In this document: positions 1 through 14,290 of the stretch, piece by piece
How positions within the stretch are numbered: position 1 is the stretch's first letter
Layout: each line of letters opens with the position of its first letter
Assembly: GCA_964016885.1 (NCBI GenBank)
Contig: OZ024753.1
Span: 18,104,001 to 18,168,000 of the forward strand
Reading direction: 5' to 3'
From: Eledone cirrhosa
Lineage: Eukaryota
DNA length: 64,000 bases
The notes under the pieces: generated by a model
Seen by the model: only the letters and a program-made list of their open reading frames with translations
Told to the model about the DNA's origin: nothing
The model's database searches: none
Made by a program: the position numbers and the translations under genes

Positions 1-86
1 ACAAAAAGCATTCCTGGTCAGATATATATTCAATTGAGGTTTATAGTATGAAATTCGATACTACAGGGCATTCTTATATTGAGGAA

Positions 87-129
<43 letters not shown>

Positions 130-130
130 A

Positions 131-169
<39 letters not shown>

Positions 170-176
<7 letters not shown>

Positions 177-418
177 GTTAGAATATGTGTAATAAGGCCA
201 AGACAATGCAGGTTTGGACATAGAAAAATGAATGCAATAGTGAAAGATATTGATGTGAATTCGTCTTTCACCTTGAAAGACGAATTCACATCAATATCTT
301 TCACTATTGCATTCTTTTTTCTATGTCCATACCTGCATTGTCTTGGCCTTATTACACATATTCTAACGTTTATACCTCATTACACAATGCTTCAAGTGAA
401 CTATAACCTCCTCCTCCC
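170..418. repeat. Fold-back element: ~100 bp arms (170-374, loop 271-273) with an unpaired tail, between (TA)n tracts
   Basis: Direct reverse-complement match of the arms. Same family recurs at 34700-35180. Confidence 0.9.
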
Positions 419-490
419 ATATATATATATATATATATATAAAATAAAGTTAAATAAAAGTCAAATGATTAAAATTTAGCTTCGTTTATT

Positions 491-545
491 ACTGCTATAT
501 ATATTTCAGTGGCAGCCATCTTTGGCTGTGACCTCTTCAGGCAGT
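491..545 (-). ncRNA. Type I hammerhead ribozyme, intact core
   Basis: ACTGC-CTGAAGA-[GGTCACAGCC aaagat GGCTGCCACT]-GAAA-TATATA-TA-GCAGT, then AATAAA. Confidence 0.85.
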
Positions 546-1280
546 TTGAATTAGTATGGTATAGACAAGTACATATGTTGTTTAGGTGTATGATATTGTC
601 AATACTCTGATATGCCCAGTTCCTTGTTGGGTTGTTAATTCACTGGGGAACTGGAGTCATATGAATTCAAACAAACGAATTTTCGTGTCACAGGTCCCCT
701 TCTCCTCTCATTGGTCAGTTATTAGAACATTCCTCATTCTAAGTGTTGTTATTGTTGGAGTTAGCTTAAAAATTGATAAAATGGTAGAAGGGACGAGGTG
801 TTGAAGGAACAAAATAACAAAAAAAGTGTCAAACTTCCCATTGTTCAGTTCTGAGAGCATTCCTCAGTCAGAAGTCTATATAATTCTTTCTGGGGTGAGG
901 CTCCCTGTAAAAACACTACAGGGAGCCTCACCCCAGAAAGAATTCTATAGATTTCTGACTGAGGAATGCTCTCAGAACTGAACAATGGGAAGTTTGACAC
1001 TTTTTTTGTTATTTTGTTCCTTTAACACCTCGTCCCTTCTACCATTTTATCAATTTTTAAACTAACTCCAACAATAACAACACTTAGAATGAGGAATGTT
1101 CTAATAACTGACCAATGAGAGGAGAAGGGGACCTGCGACACGAACATTCGTTTGTTTGAATTCATATGACTCCAGTTCCCCAGTGAATTAACAACCCAAC
1201 AAGGAACTGGGCATATCAGAGTATTGACAATATCATACACCTAAACAACATATGTACTTGTCTATACCATACTAATTCAA

Positions 1281-1335
1281 ACTGCCTGAAGAGGTCACAG
1301 CCAAAGATGGCTGTCACTGAAATATATATGGCAGT
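1281..1335 (+). ncRNA. Type I hammerhead, cleavage-site nucleotide mutated to G
   Basis: Mirror of 491-545 but reads GAAA-TATATA-TG-GCAGT, which breaks the NUH rule. Confidence 0.75.
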
Positions 1336-1495
1336 AATAAACGAAGCTAAATTTTAATCATTTGACTTTTATTTAACTTTATTTTACACTACTCCGGAGT
1401 AACCAAACCAACCTGCGCACTTCGTCGAGTGCTCCAGCCTGCATACTGGGGTGTTGGTATACAACCAACATAAACTCTAAATATATATATATATG

Positions 1496-1615
<120 letters not shown>

Positions 1616-1626
1616 AATATATGTAT

Positions 1627-1721
<95 letters not shown>

Positions 1722-1933
1722 AATATATATATGTATATATATACATATATATATATATATTTATACGTATATATAGAGGTAGAACACTGGAAGATAATAT
1801 CCATAGTGGTAGAACACTCAGTCCATGGGACGAGTTAGGTAGAAATGGTTACACAACAGTTAGTTCACCATACCGAGAACAATTGTTTTATATTAGCGGA
1901 TCCTCGGCTGTATATATGTTAATATATATATAT

Positions 1934-2208
1934 TAAGAAAAGGAATTCCAACTTTGAACAAGTGCTTTCATGCTTTCGCAATCTTCAGGGTCATATTCAA
2001 TGGTGACAGTCAAGTTTGCAATTTTCCACTGTAATGAGCTGGGTAAAATCTATGCCTTATATACAGTAAAAAGGAGCTACATAATGCTAAGTTTTGCAAA
2101 CTGTATTTCGACCAATCGGTGTGTAGTTTCACTATATTACTAAAGCTTTAGTAATCTAGTGACACTACACACCGATTGGTCGAAATACAATTTGCAAAAC
2201 TTAGTATT
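1934..2208 (-). mobile_element. Solo terminal-repeat fragment of the 29156-31973 Penelope family, with a hairpin end (2082-2208) and a minimal hammerhead at 1955-1993
   Basis: Matches 29160-29465. TGACC-CTGAAGA-TTGC-GAAA-GCATGAAAGCAC-TT-GTTCA. Fold centre TACTAAAGCTTTAGTA. Confidence 0.85.
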
Positions 2209-2419
2209 CTGATGCATCTGAACTCCATTTATTGTGTGTTACAATTGTTTCGCCGGCGGACAGCTCGAGACGTGATCATTGTGTGGATATGTTTGATTCT
2301 GGGTAATGAAATATATCTAGTACTCAACTCATTAATTTAATTATTTAGCTACTGTTCATATCATTTTACCAGTTGAAATATTAATGTATAAACTATACTT
2401 TTATTTCCTTTTGATGTAG

Positions 2420-2573
2420 GAAACACAGGCATCGAAATATTGTCAATGTTTTAGGATTGTGTCTGGAAACTCGTCTGCCTTGTCTTATGGTCGAGTTTGT
2501 GGAGGGTGTTGCCCTTAGAGATTACATGAAACATAACTTCAATTGTATGTCTTGGCCTCTACGAGCAAGAATT
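2420..2573 (+). CDS. Protein kinase gene, internal exon (subdomains IV-VIa): KHRHRNIVNVLGLCLETRLPCLMVEFVEGVALRDYMKHNFNCMSWPLRARI
   Basis: Pyrimidine tract then TAG acceptor, GTAAGT donor at 2574. HxNIV...LG...MVEFV motif typical of TK/TKL kinases. Ends in phase 0, matching the next exon. Upstream exons lie outside the window. Confidence 0.9.
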
Positions 2574-2696
2574 GTAAGTAAATAAAATATTGAATTTTGT
2601 TATAACACATTTTAAACGAATGTTTGTAGTGTTATGTAAACAGTTTTGATCTAACATAGAGGATATGTAAATGCATTCGTGAGATCTATATTGAAT

Positions 2697-2878
2697 AATA
2701 ATTGTTTGTACTTTTGGCACACGGCTAGCAATTACCCAGTACATTACGGGTACTTTATTTTATCGACCTCGTAAGGATGAAAGGCAAAGTTAACCTCGGC
2801 GGGATTTGAACTCATATCGTAAAGGGACGTAACTATGCTGGAAAGCATGTCCGACCCTCTACTGATACTGCCAATTCA
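2697..2878 (-). mobile_element. tRNA-derived SINE
   Basis: Matches the window consensus: A box TGGCAGTATCGG, B box GAGTTCAAATCC, core GCCTTTCATCCTTACGGGGTCGATAAA, tail CCTAAAGTAGAAACAATTA. Confidence 0.9.
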
Positions 2879-2883
2879 CATTC

Positions 2884-3066
2884 GATTCATTTGCAAGCAA
2901 ACATCCTCATTACACTATGTGGTTTAGCCTACGATCGCCATCATTTTGTTCTAGCGGTGAGAAACAATATTATTGTCAATTGTTTCTCTGTCACCGCCAG
3001 AACAAAAGGATGACGATGGTCGGCTAAAACACATAGTATAAGAGGCTGTTTTCTTGCAAACGAATC
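2884..3066. repeat. Diverged palindrome lying between two head-to-head SINEs
   Basis: GATTCATTTGCAAGCAAACA... mirrored by ...TGTTTTCTTGCAAACGAATC. Confidence 0.8.
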
Positions 3067-3083
3067 AAATATCATTATCTATA

Positions 3084-3257
3084 GATTGGCAGTATCGGTA
3101 GAGGGACGGACGCCATGCTTTGCAGCATAGTTACGTCCCTATACGATCTGAGTTCAAATCCGGCCGAGGTTGACTTTGCCTTACATCCTTTCGGGTTCGA
3201 TAAAATAAAGTACCAGTAATGCACTGGGTAATTGCTGGCCTAAAGTAGAAACAATTA
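3084..3257 (+). mobile_element. tRNA-derived SINE
   Basis: Same consensus. Confidence 0.9.
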
Positions 3258-3836
3258 TCTATATATATAAAACTGAGGATGTCTGGCTGTGCGTGTGTGA
3301 GTTTGAATCCTTAAAACTAGAGAAGCACCCAACCGTCTGTTTTCAAACTTTACACATGTAATACTTATTTTTCTGAGCAAAAGAGATTTCAAATTGTAAA
3401 TGCTCTAGGGACCGCATTAGGCGATTTACCGATCTCTCTCTATAATTCTTAGTCTTTCTCTGTTTAGATAGATACATACATATAACGTCGCGCCCTTATA
3501 ATATTTGTCTATGTCTGGATATCTTCATTACGTCACTTCCTACAATTCGCTCTGCGTCCAGGACGCGTTATTATAATATATGTCTGTATGCCTGGCTGTC
3601 TGCTTCCTCCGGTTATTCAGCCACCCTTGCTCAAGACAAATCTCGCACTCATTCCCCAAACAGTTGGTAAGTGCACACAACTTCTTCCTCACGTTTTAAA
3701 CCACAGTGTTGCTTACTTACGTACTAGCATACTCTTATTTCTTTGCCAGCCGCGGTTGTGGCAATACTAAGCTTAGCTAAGGTGGTTATATATTTCACAC
3801 TACCTTATCCCGTGCAACGCCAGGTACCACTGCTAG
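3258..3836 (+). mobile_element. Non-autonomous Helitron
   Basis: A|TCTATATATATAAAA 5' end, imperfect subterminal GC hairpin CCCGTGCAACGCCAGG, CTAG|T 3' end, no TSD. Confidence 0.7.
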
Positions 3837-4004
3837 TTCAATATAAACTCACAAATACATTTATGTAAAGAATATTTTATGATATTCCCGTTATTTGCAG
3901 ATTCATTAACCACACTACGACTGGATAAATGTGAGACACAATTTGAAAATTAGTTTGAAATATTAAACTTCCTTCAACTCATGAAATATATATATATATG
4001 AGAT

Positions 4005-4185
4005 AATTGTTTCTACTTTTGGCACAAGGCCAGTAATTACCCAGTGCATTACTGGTACTTTATTTTATCGACCCCGTATGGATGAAAGGCAAAGTTAACC
4101 TCGGCGGGATTTGAACTCAGAATGGAAAGGGCCGTAACTATGCGTCAAAGCATGGCGTCCGACTCTCTACCGATACTGCCAATCC
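4005..4185 (-). mobile_element. tRNA-derived SINE
   Basis: Same consensus. Confidence 0.9.
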
Positions 4186-4361
4186 TCCTTTATATATATA
4201 TGAGATAATGAAAGGGAAAATGTAAGCTTTATTGAATGAATGCAAGTTGTATGTGAAATTGCTTCTACAAAGATAACGTTGAAGGGATGGAGATACTAAT
4301 GATCACTAATATGGAATTGGAAAATAAATGAAGTATTTGTTAAAGTTATAAATTTACTCAA

Positions 4362-4435
<74 letters not shown>

Positions 4436-4566
4436 TTTGCGAGAATCGCATTTCGGCGAGTAGAAATTAGCGAAACGCAACTTCCGATTGGTGTTGGCAA
4501 GCGCTCAACGGATACGAAGATACCTGCATACATACATATATATATTTTAATTTATATTCCTTTGAA

Positions 4567-4686
4567 GTTCCGATGAGCAGCTCTGTCTTTTAAATATGTT
4601 AATTATTTTCAACTGAACCAGATCAATTATGATTTATAGTCATCTGATCCAGAAATATTATATGGAGTAGCGAAACAATTGTAAAC
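4567..4686 (+). ncRNA. Hammerhead with CCGATGA core and a long stem II insertion
   Basis: GTT-CCGATGA-GCAGCTC...(~80 nt)...GAGTAGC-GAAA-CAATTG-TA-AAC. Stem III is palindromic. Confidence 0.6.
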
Positions 4687-4959
4687 GGACATTATTATTA
4701 TTAATATTATTATTATTATTCTCTACATTCCTTACATCAAACTAACATATGTTGACAATCTTTTAATAATATCTTCCTTGTGAAATTAGTGGTCTTGTTT
4801 TTCTTAACTAATGAATATATATATACATATATATATATATACGGGGTGGCGCAAAAGTATTGCTTCATTAAAATAACGGCTTATCTTCATGTTTGTTATT
4901 TTTGTATGTAAATTTAATAAATGTTTAAAGAAAGTGGTGCGGGAAATGTGTGCCAAGCT

Positions 4960-5006
<47 letters not shown>

Positions 5007-5010
5007 GTTC

Positions 5011-5048
<38 letters not shown>

Positions 5049-5126
5049 ACCTGTTACTTTTATCTAAATACTTTTTTTCAAATTCCATCCCGCATGTTCC
5101 CTCAATCTCTTTTATTTCTCATTCTA

Positions 5127-5163
5127 TCCTCTGATGAAAGGACTAGCGTCCGAAACGTTATGA
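5127..5163 (+). ncRNA. Minimal hammerhead motif, stem I degraded
   Basis: TCCT-CTGATGA-AA-GGAC tagc GTCC-GAAA-CGT-TA-TGA. AACGTT palindrome. Confidence 0.55.
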
Positions 5164-5247
5164 CCCTCTTTCTGGTATATCAAGCGTTAACCTAATATAT
5201 CCCTTCCATATACTGTACCGATTGTGTTGTTATTTCTGTTTACCTTT

Positions 5248-5306
<59 letters not shown>

Positions 5307-5314
<8 letters not shown>

Positions 5315-5656
5315 CAGAATATTAATAAATGAAGACATTCACATAATCAAAATATATGTTTCATTATATATATTTCGAAGGTACTGTGCTGTTTTTTCAG
5401 TACGTCCTCATCAAATAAAATACATGAATTGATGTATAACATACCTCAACGGTCTTGATGGTTCAATTCTAGTATTCCAGACTGCCAGTACTGGAATTGA
5501 ACCATCAAGAACGTTGAGGTATGTTATACATCAATTCATGTATTTTATCTGACGAGCACGTACTGAAAAAGCAGCACAGTACCTTCGAAATATATATAAT
5601 AAAACATATATTTTGATTATGTGAATATCTTCATTTATTAATATTCTGAATAATAT
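5307..5656. mobile_element. Fold-back element (~165 bp arms) with hammerheads: 5543-5604 (+, core intact) and a mirror copy with TTGATGA
   Basis: TTTTAT-CTGACGA-[GCACGTACT...AGTACCTTC]-GAAA-TATATA-TA-ATAAAA. Abuts (TA)n. Confidence 0.85.
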
Positions 5657-5747
5657 TAATAATTCCAGAAAGCTTCACTGTAGAGTGCTTTTAATCTATT
5701 GTAAAACAATATTCATTGAGTAATCAATGAACCATATTAATCTTTGG

Positions 5748-5843
<96 letters not shown>

Positions 5844-6168
5844 CGGTTCCAGTGGTGGGGTGGAGGTCGCTCACCACCATGGGTTGTTTACGCTTGACAC
5901 TCTCAAAATCTGCATTTTCCCACCCTACAGAGAAACTACGAAACGAAACCAATTACAATTTCTTCTTTCTCCTCTATGAGTCTATCATATCTTTATTGCA
6001 TATGAAGACATATATGTTTATATATGTCTTCATATGTAAACACTATTATGTTTAAACTGTGTTTTAATGCTACTGCAAGATGTATATAACAAGCGAAGCT
6101 TGTACTATATGCATATGGCCACTTCCAGCCGAGCTTGTCTGTTATGTACAATTGTCTTTTATTTTCAG

Positions 6169-6279
6169 TGTCTTCAGGCATCAGAAGGCTTAGGTTTTCT
6201 CCATTCCCGTAAACCAGCCATATTACATCGAGATATCAGGTGTGCTAATATATTTATTAGCGATCATGACATCGTTAAG
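6169..6279 (+). CDS. Protein kinase exon with catalytic loop: CLQASEGLGFLHSRKPAILHRDIRCANIFISDHDIVK
   Basis: ttttattttcag acceptor, AAG|GTAAAT donor, 111 nt, phase 0/0. HRDxxxxN catalytic loop. Confidence 0.95.
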
Positions 6280-6374
6280 GTAAATGTTTTTTGTTTGTTT
6301 TTAATTATACATTCCCAATAGATGTTGTTTCTATCTACGTGTATGACAATATATCTCCCCGCGTATTTATATAC

Positions 6375-7560
6375 TTATCTACCTACCTACTTACCTACCA
6401 ACCTAATACCTACCTCCCTACCTACTTACCTCCCTATCTACTTATCTACCCACCTACCTAGCTACCTACTTACCTACCTACCTACTTACCTCTCTACTTA
6501 CTTACCTACCAACCTAATACCTACCTACCTACTTACCTCCCTACTTACTTACCTACCAACCTAATACCTACCTACCTACTTACCTCCCTACTTACTTACC
6601 TACCAACCTAATACCTACCTACCTACTTACCTCCCTACTTACTTACCTACCAACCTAATACCTACCTACCTACTTACCTACCTACCTACTTACCTACCAA
6701 CCTAATATCTACCTACCTACTTACCTACCTACCTACTACCTACCTACCTACTTACCTACCTAACTACTTACCTACCTACCTACTTACCTACCTAACTACC
6801 TACTTACCTACCTACCTAATACCTACCAACCTAATACCTACCTACCTACCTACTTACCTACCTACCTACTTACCTACCTACCTACTTACCTACCTACCTA
6901 CTTACCTACCTACCTACTTACCTCCCTACCTACTTACCTACCAACCTAATACCTACCTACCTACTTACCTACCTACCTACTTACCTACCTACCTACTTAC
7001 CTACCTACCTACTTACCTACCTACCTACTTACCAACCTACCTACTTACCTACCAACCTAATACCTACCTACCTACTTACCTACCAACCTAATACCTACCT
7101 ACCTACTTACCTACCAACCTACTTACCTCCATACCTACTTACCTACCAACCTAATATCTACCTAACTACCTACTTACCTACCTACCTAATACCTACCAAC
7201 CTAATACCTACCTACCTACCATCTTACCTACCTACCTACTTACCTACCAACCTACTTACCTACCTACCTACCAACTTACCTACCTACCTACCTACTTACC
7301 TCCCTACCTACTTACCTACCTACCTACTTACCTACAAACCTAATACCTACCTACCTACCTACTTACCTCCTTACCTACTTACCTACCTACCTACCTACCT
7401 ACCTACCTACCTACCTACCTACTTACCTACATATCTACCTACCTACCTACTTACCTACCTACCTACCTACCTACCTACTTACCTACCTACATACCAAGCT
7501 AACTAACTAACTAACTAACTACCTATCTACGTATATACCTATCTATCTGTCTATCCATCA
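6375..7560. repeat. ~1.2 kb compound (CCTA/CTTA)n tetranucleotide array with CCAACCTAATA interruptions
   Basis: Direct reading. Confidence 0.95.
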
Positions 7561-7689
7561 ATATATGTACATCCTTCCAGAGTCGATAAAATAAAATACC
7601 AGTAATGCACTGGATTACGGCTGACCTTGTGCCAAAAGGGAAAACACTCTATGTAGCCATCTATGTATTTGTCTGTGGGGTTCACTAAA

Positions 7690-7860
7690 CGAACAACTGC
7701 ATCTTGACAACACACCAACTAACTACCCCAGCTGCTCCAACGTTTCTTGGCAAAGAAAGGTATTTCATTCAATGTCAGGTAGGGTCACTCTCCAGATATG
7801 GCCCCTTCTAACTTCTGGTTGTTCCAAAAAGAAAATGAAGTTGCCAGAGCAAGGCTTTCG
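7690..7860 (+). pseudogene. Degraded mariner transposase fragment
   Basis: LHLDN...QRFLAKKGI...HSPDMAPSNFWLFQK resembles the mariner YSPDLAPxDFxLF motif. Confidence 0.7.
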
Positions 7861-8362
7861 ATTTGAGTATAAAGATGACAATATGCCGACTAGGACGGTG
7901 GAGCTGAGAGGGATGCTGGGATGAGTATTGTCAGTATGCTTCAGACAGTAGTGTTACGGCAACACTCTCAACACGAAGAAGAGTAGTAATCGAATCCGAC
8001 CCAGTACATAAGTCTCTCTTCACCCTGTGGTCGAACATTCTTTTTAAAGACATTGTATATATTCAGACACACACGCACACAGACACACACACGCACACAT
8101 ACATATGTATACAAACATGCACACACTCACATACACACACTCATACACACACACATATATACACACATATACACACACACACGCATACACGCACATACAC
8201 ACACATACACACACATACACACATACACACACACATACACATACATACCCACAGACACACACAGACACATACTCACATACACGCACACACACATATACAC
8301 ACACATACACACACAAACATACACACGCATACACACATACACACACATACCCACACACATAC

Positions 8363-8423
<61 letters not shown>

Positions 8424-8634
8424 ATCAAAAGATGGTTAAAAGAGTTCCATGTATTTTATTATGCGCATTTCAAAAACAAATATCATCATGCAATAATATT
8501 TGTGTTTTCATCAGATAAAATAGGAAGACATGATATGAAGGTTAAAAAACACTTGTGGATAGTGCAGTTTTAAATCAACATATTATTATCCGATATCTGC
8601 ATTGCTTTATTGTACTACAATAAAACTCACCTCC

Positions 8635-8684
<50 letters not shown>

Positions 8685-8705
8685 GTAGTCATTTAACAAT
8701 GACAA

Positions 8706-8993
8706 TAATTATTTCTACTTTTGGCAGAAGGTGGGCAATTATTCCAGTACATTACTGGTACTTTATTTTATCGACCCCTTAAGGATGAAAGGCAAAGTTA
8801 ACAATAATAACAGCAAAGTCGAGTTATTTCACCTATTCATATCTTTGTTTTACCATCGTTTCGGAGGGTTGATCATATTCTCTGATAATTGTTTCTACTT
8901 TTGGCACAAGGCCAGCAATTTCCCAGTGTATTACTGGTACTTTATTTTATCGATCCCGTAACGATGAAAGGCAAAGTTAACCTCGGTGGGATT
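8706..8993 (-). mobile_element. Two 5'-truncated SINE copies (8706-8802, 8886-8993)
   Basis: 3' halves of the consensus. Confidence 0.85.
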
Positions 8994-11697
8994 CTCTGAT
9001 AATATTGTCTGATCATACTGTCTGATTTATAGCAGTTATATAACTATACTAACAGTCCTCATATAGAGGTTCGATCAGAATGTCTTTTTCGGAAACAATC
9101 TTCCTATATAGATATACTCTACAGACCTTATCAGTTTAAGTTTAACATATTCCACACGCAGGGGTTTGGAAATATCGGGCCTATATTATAACTTACGTGC
9201 CCAAAGGGAAACCGAAGGCACGGGGTTGGGTGATGAAATTCTTAAACACGCAACCTCGGCCTCTTTATTAGACTGTGAGTATTCTAGGACTCATGCTTGA
9301 AGAACTTTTGTGGATTTTAAAAACGGTTTTTATATATATTCGAATGAGTTACAAGGATTATGGAATTAAAAGGAATATATATTGTTATATTTCAGTGTTT
9401 GATTACAACCAAAGCATGTCATTTAGCTTTATTTTCGGAAACGATAAAGATTAATATTGTTCTCATATTATTAACATTTCCTAGAAGCATATTTTCCTTT
9501 AACTAGACAGCCCTTGATTCCGATTCTTATTCTTGAGCATGTAATATGTTGTTATGGAGGACGTAATATTCATATTCAAACAGCATCTATTCCGCTAGGG
9601 ATCATGGCAAACTCCAAATATGGCAGTGGGATTGATCAGCGTCGATTCGAAGATGAGTGTTATACATGTTTAAGTGGATTACTGGAATAGATCACTCCTT
9701 AAACTAACGAAGATGCCACTGATATTACCAGAGTCACGTATATCTTTAACCCGATGACCAGGGGTATTCTGCTTGGCAGTATTTGGTACGGCTATCTTTT
9801 TGAATTATAAGTAAACTCCATGCGTCGGACCTCCAGCCAATATCATCTAGTCCAACTTGGATGCCCCACACAATGTTTGCCTAAGACTCCTCGCAGTGGA
9901 ATCGAAAGCAAGGCTGATTGTTTACGATAGGAACATGGTAAGATACATTTGGCTACCTTGTGTCCATAAACCTGGTAGTATGTGGTAAATCACTGAAAGC
10001 TGGAAGTTTGCTTTAAATGGAAAATAATACTAGTTCCGTGTATTGACAATAGTATTTTATTGGGTGTTAACAGATCCCCGGGAAGAAAGATAGAATTAAC
10101 AGAAAGTTTCTAAGAGGTTATTCTATGTGAACTAAAGTGTCTTCAAGAGAGAATCGATGTCAAATCAGTGTTTGTATTCCCGGAAAATGCCCTTCTCAAG
10201 GAAAATAACTGCACTGTGTTACAAGGATATAGAACTACGATCACTTAGACCAAGTAATATATTAGAAATATATTACAAGAAAGAGATTCATTGTGTACAA
10301 ACACCAGAAAACAAATGTGTAGCGTATTCAAACTTACAGAAAAAGGGATTGAGAAACCCATTTTGACAACTTGAGTAAAATCGCAAAATAAATGAGCTAA
10401 TCTGCAAGATAAGAAGAAATAGAAAAAGACATTTAGTATATTCATTTAGATATATCAGTGGAATTGTGATGGATGGAACTATGGAATGGTATTAAGGTAA
10501 ATAATAATTTGAAGCAAATTGTTATTGTATGGAACGTGAAATATTAAATGGGGTCTTGGATTGAAAGTTGGTAAAGCGAAAATACAGTATGGAAAGTAAT
10601 ATTGTTGCAAATGTCTATATTGATTTCTAATTATGAGATGTTATTTGAATTCTCAGTCATGAAAATAGATCTTTAGTTTCAGACATCTTTAGTGATTGAA
10701 AAATATCTGGTCGCAGCTGTTGAGAACATCTTTAATCTTTAATACATCAGCAAATTTGAATAGATAATGTGTGCTGGGAAATTGCATGAACAGCATGTTT
10801 GTTATCTAATGCAGCAGAAGTTAGCAATAACAGTGCAGGAAATATAAAGATAATCACAGCGAGATGGAAAACGTTAGAACTCAGAATCCTACACTGATTA
10901 CGTATTTAATTGGATGTCTAAGCCAAGAGGTTCCACCATACGGACCAGAAGATAACCCCCCCAAAAAATAGTAATTGCCAGGAAGAGCAAAATGTAATGT
11001 GTTATATGGATTTACTGTTTAATATTTTGAGGGAAGTTGAATTCGTGATTCAGCGGCCACACGAAATACTTAAGTGCTGTATTTTCTAGATATATCAAAT
11101 GCTAATTACCATCAACTAGTACAGCTCTTCTAAATTGAACTGGGAATATAATAAAAACGAAATTACTTTATATCCCTTATAGGTAACGACATATTTTCAT
11201 AGTCAGGCTTGAATAGTCGACATCATATTTACTGATATCGCAGCATTGATCAGACCAATTCCCAAGATACTTAAGATTGTCACCAATATGATTTAATTGA
11301 TGGTATCAACATTTCAGGGTTAAATATTTTGGTTGGACGGTAAATAATATATTTGATATTTATATATCAGTTATAGGAAATATATTCAAGTTTGTCTCTT
11401 CCATGGCAACTTCGTTTCATTATCGATAAACTTCCATTATCAACAAGCTTACGTGGGATGTGGGGCCCCAGAGAAATAGATTCTGAAATCAATCATATCT
11501 CTGTAGTCGGATAGAATCTACAATTTGGCAATTTACTATTTTGCCAAAGGCATGCATTTCTCATTTTAAAATATTAGGGTACATGGAGTCAGAAATATAA
11601 TGATTTCGTATTAAACGTTCCGAAAGTAATCTACTTTCGGTAGTATAATGATATTAACACACATACATGAACACACACTCATACACACACACACACT

Positions 11698-11768
<71 letters not shown>

Positions 11769-11807
11769 CAAGGACGATTTGTGAAGCCTTCATTACGTTT
11801 ATTGATT

Positions 11808-11892
11808 GGGGACGCGCGTTTCACTATTGATCCGCTCAATGTTCGTTCTGTATCGATCTGGCCCGAATCTGGAATCAAAAGCTCGTCAGACC
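11808..11892 (-). ncRNA. Hammerhead with extended stem II, in a repeat family also present (degenerate) at ~52845-52990
   Basis: GGT-CTGACGA-GCTTTTGATTC...GGATCAATAGT-GAAA-CGCGCG-TC-CCC, then AATAAA. The second copy restores stem I (GGT/ACC) but has a mutated core. Confidence 0.75.
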
Positions 11893-12392
11893 TCTGCTGT
11901 AGTAATGACAGAATGAACATATATAGCATAGAAATGTCTAAGGTTTCGCGTCCATATGTTGGTCAGTTTATGTTGTTTTGATTGGTGGTTTAGCCATGAG
12001 GGATGTTTTGGCATGAGTGATAGGTGGGGGTGGCGGTGAGGGTAGCGACGAGATGGTGGTGGGGATCGATGGTTGATGTGATTTGTGGGAAGAGATAAGA
12101 GAAATTAAACAAGATATAATGGATACTGTTTCCTTTGCCGAGGCAGCATGGTGGAATAAAGATAAGCCTAGTGTTTCGTTTTCAAAATCTCCTAGCATAC
12201 TGGGACTATTTGAAAGGCTTATAATGTATAATGTCACTAGAAATAGCAGCCAAATGAATGTCTGGTACAACTCAACAAATTGTGGAGCAGTTTAATATTA
12301 ATTAAAGGTTAATTGGTCTCTAATACTTAATTATCTCATTCAGAGAAATCTCTCAGAGAAGCAATATTATATAATAAAATTAAGTGATAAAA

Positions 12393-12765
<373 letters not shown>

Positions 12766-13510
12766 TCATTAACACATACATATATGTGTGTATGTGTATG
12801 TTTGTTTATGTTATTGTGCATGTGTAAGTATGCATATGTAAATGTGCAACTAAATATATTGGAAACTGGAAAAACATAATTTACATATTACAAATGTTGA
12901 AATAAATAACTGCATGATATTTCCGACTTTGAATTGCCACAGTTTCATGTGATACATGATAGGTTCCTCCCTACATTAATGTACACAATCATACATCTGA
13001 TCCACAATGACAGGTGCAATGTGTCCGAACACGGAAGAGTCGAACTCCCACTCTCATCGCCCCCATCTCTCTCTCGCCGCAGCCCCGGCGGACAGAATAG
13101 AGAAGGCGTTTCCCCGGAGCATGGTAAGGGAGATGCGTTGAAAGAGTCATTCCATCTCTCGAGTCTCACACCTGCGGTTGGTCAGCTATGGTGGTGAGCC
13201 TATGGTGGTGAGTAGGGAGGTAGCGCTAGGGCCAAGGTCTAAACACAAACCTGTCGGAGAGCGACCGGTACTTGTGGTACATCTTCATTTAACAGTGGCG
13301 TGAAGGGACATATGTCATATAATTATATAAAACCTCTTTGTAGTAGCATTGTGCAAGAGGTTAGTCGTATCGAGACACAAGCAGATCGACTTAAATAAGG
13401 GTGGTGAAATGGCAACATATTTTGCAGCATATATTTACGCCCATTTACCTTATGAGTTCAAATCCCACCGAGCTTAGCTTTGCGTTTCATCCTTAAAGTG
13501 TCTACAAAAT

Positions 13511-13692
13511 AACTGTTTCTACTTTAGGCACAAGGCCAGCAATTATCCAGTGCATTACTGGTACTTTATTTTATCGACCCCGTAAGGATGAAAGGCAAAG
13601 TCAACATCGGCGGGATTTGAACTCAGATCGTAAAGGGACGTAACTATGCTGGAAAGCATGGCGTCCGACCCTCTACCGATACTGCCAATCCA
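13511..13692 (-). mobile_element. tRNA-derived SINE inserted into an older + strand SINE (~13398-13800)
   Basis: Consensus match. The older copy's GTCTACAAAATAAC is duplicated on both sides. Confidence 0.88.
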
Positions 13693-14034
13693 ACGCGTCC
13701 AAAATGTCTACAAAATAACGTTCCAATAACGCACTGGAGCCGATTTAATTGACGTTCCCCTTCATTTGAAATAGCTGGCTTTGTGCATAACGTTGACACA
13801 TTATATTCACAGCATCTCCCGAAGAATAATCCCAAATTAATTGATCTTAAGAGCATTGGACTTCATTAGGAAGAGGTTAAATAATATATATTACATCTTT
13901 ATATATAGACAGATGTCATGATAGTGCTCGATGAATTGAGAAATACCTACTTGAAACCACTATCATGTCAATAACATTTATATATCAATATGATTCACAT
14001 CTATTAGAAGATACAATTTAATTATATACTAAGA

Positions 14035-14290
14035 TAATTGTTTCTACTTTTGGCACAAGGCCAGCAAATTAATCAGTAGATTACTGGTACTTTATTTTAT
14101 CGTCCCCGTAAGGTTGAAAGGCAAAGTTAACCTCGGCGGGATTTGAACTCAGACCATAAAGGGCCGTAACTCTTTCCTGCGAGGCATGGCGTCAGACCTT
14201 CTACCGATACTGCCATTCCACCGCCCAGATGATAAAATAATTGTTTCTACTTTAGGCACAAGGCCAGCAATTACCCAGTACATTTCTGGT
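14035..14290 (-). mobile_element. SINE (14035-14225) plus a short 3' fragment
   Basis: Same consensus. Confidence 0.9.

Larger units (their letters stand above)
440..1386. mobile_element. Large fold-back element (~470 bp arms, 7-nt loop at 910-916) with a hammerhead in each arm
   Basis: Arms are near-identical reverse complements and generate the mirror-image ORFs 586-804 and 1022-1240. Flanked by (TA)n. Confidence 0.92.

Noticed and set aside
586-1240. Two near-identical 72 aa ORFs on opposite strands
   Set aside because: They are mirror images produced by the 440-1386 palindrome, start at GTG, and show no protein motif.
6375-7560. CCTAA-containing array as interstitial telomere
   Set aside because: The dominant unit is the tetramer CCTA/CTTA, not tandem TTAGGG or TTAGG.
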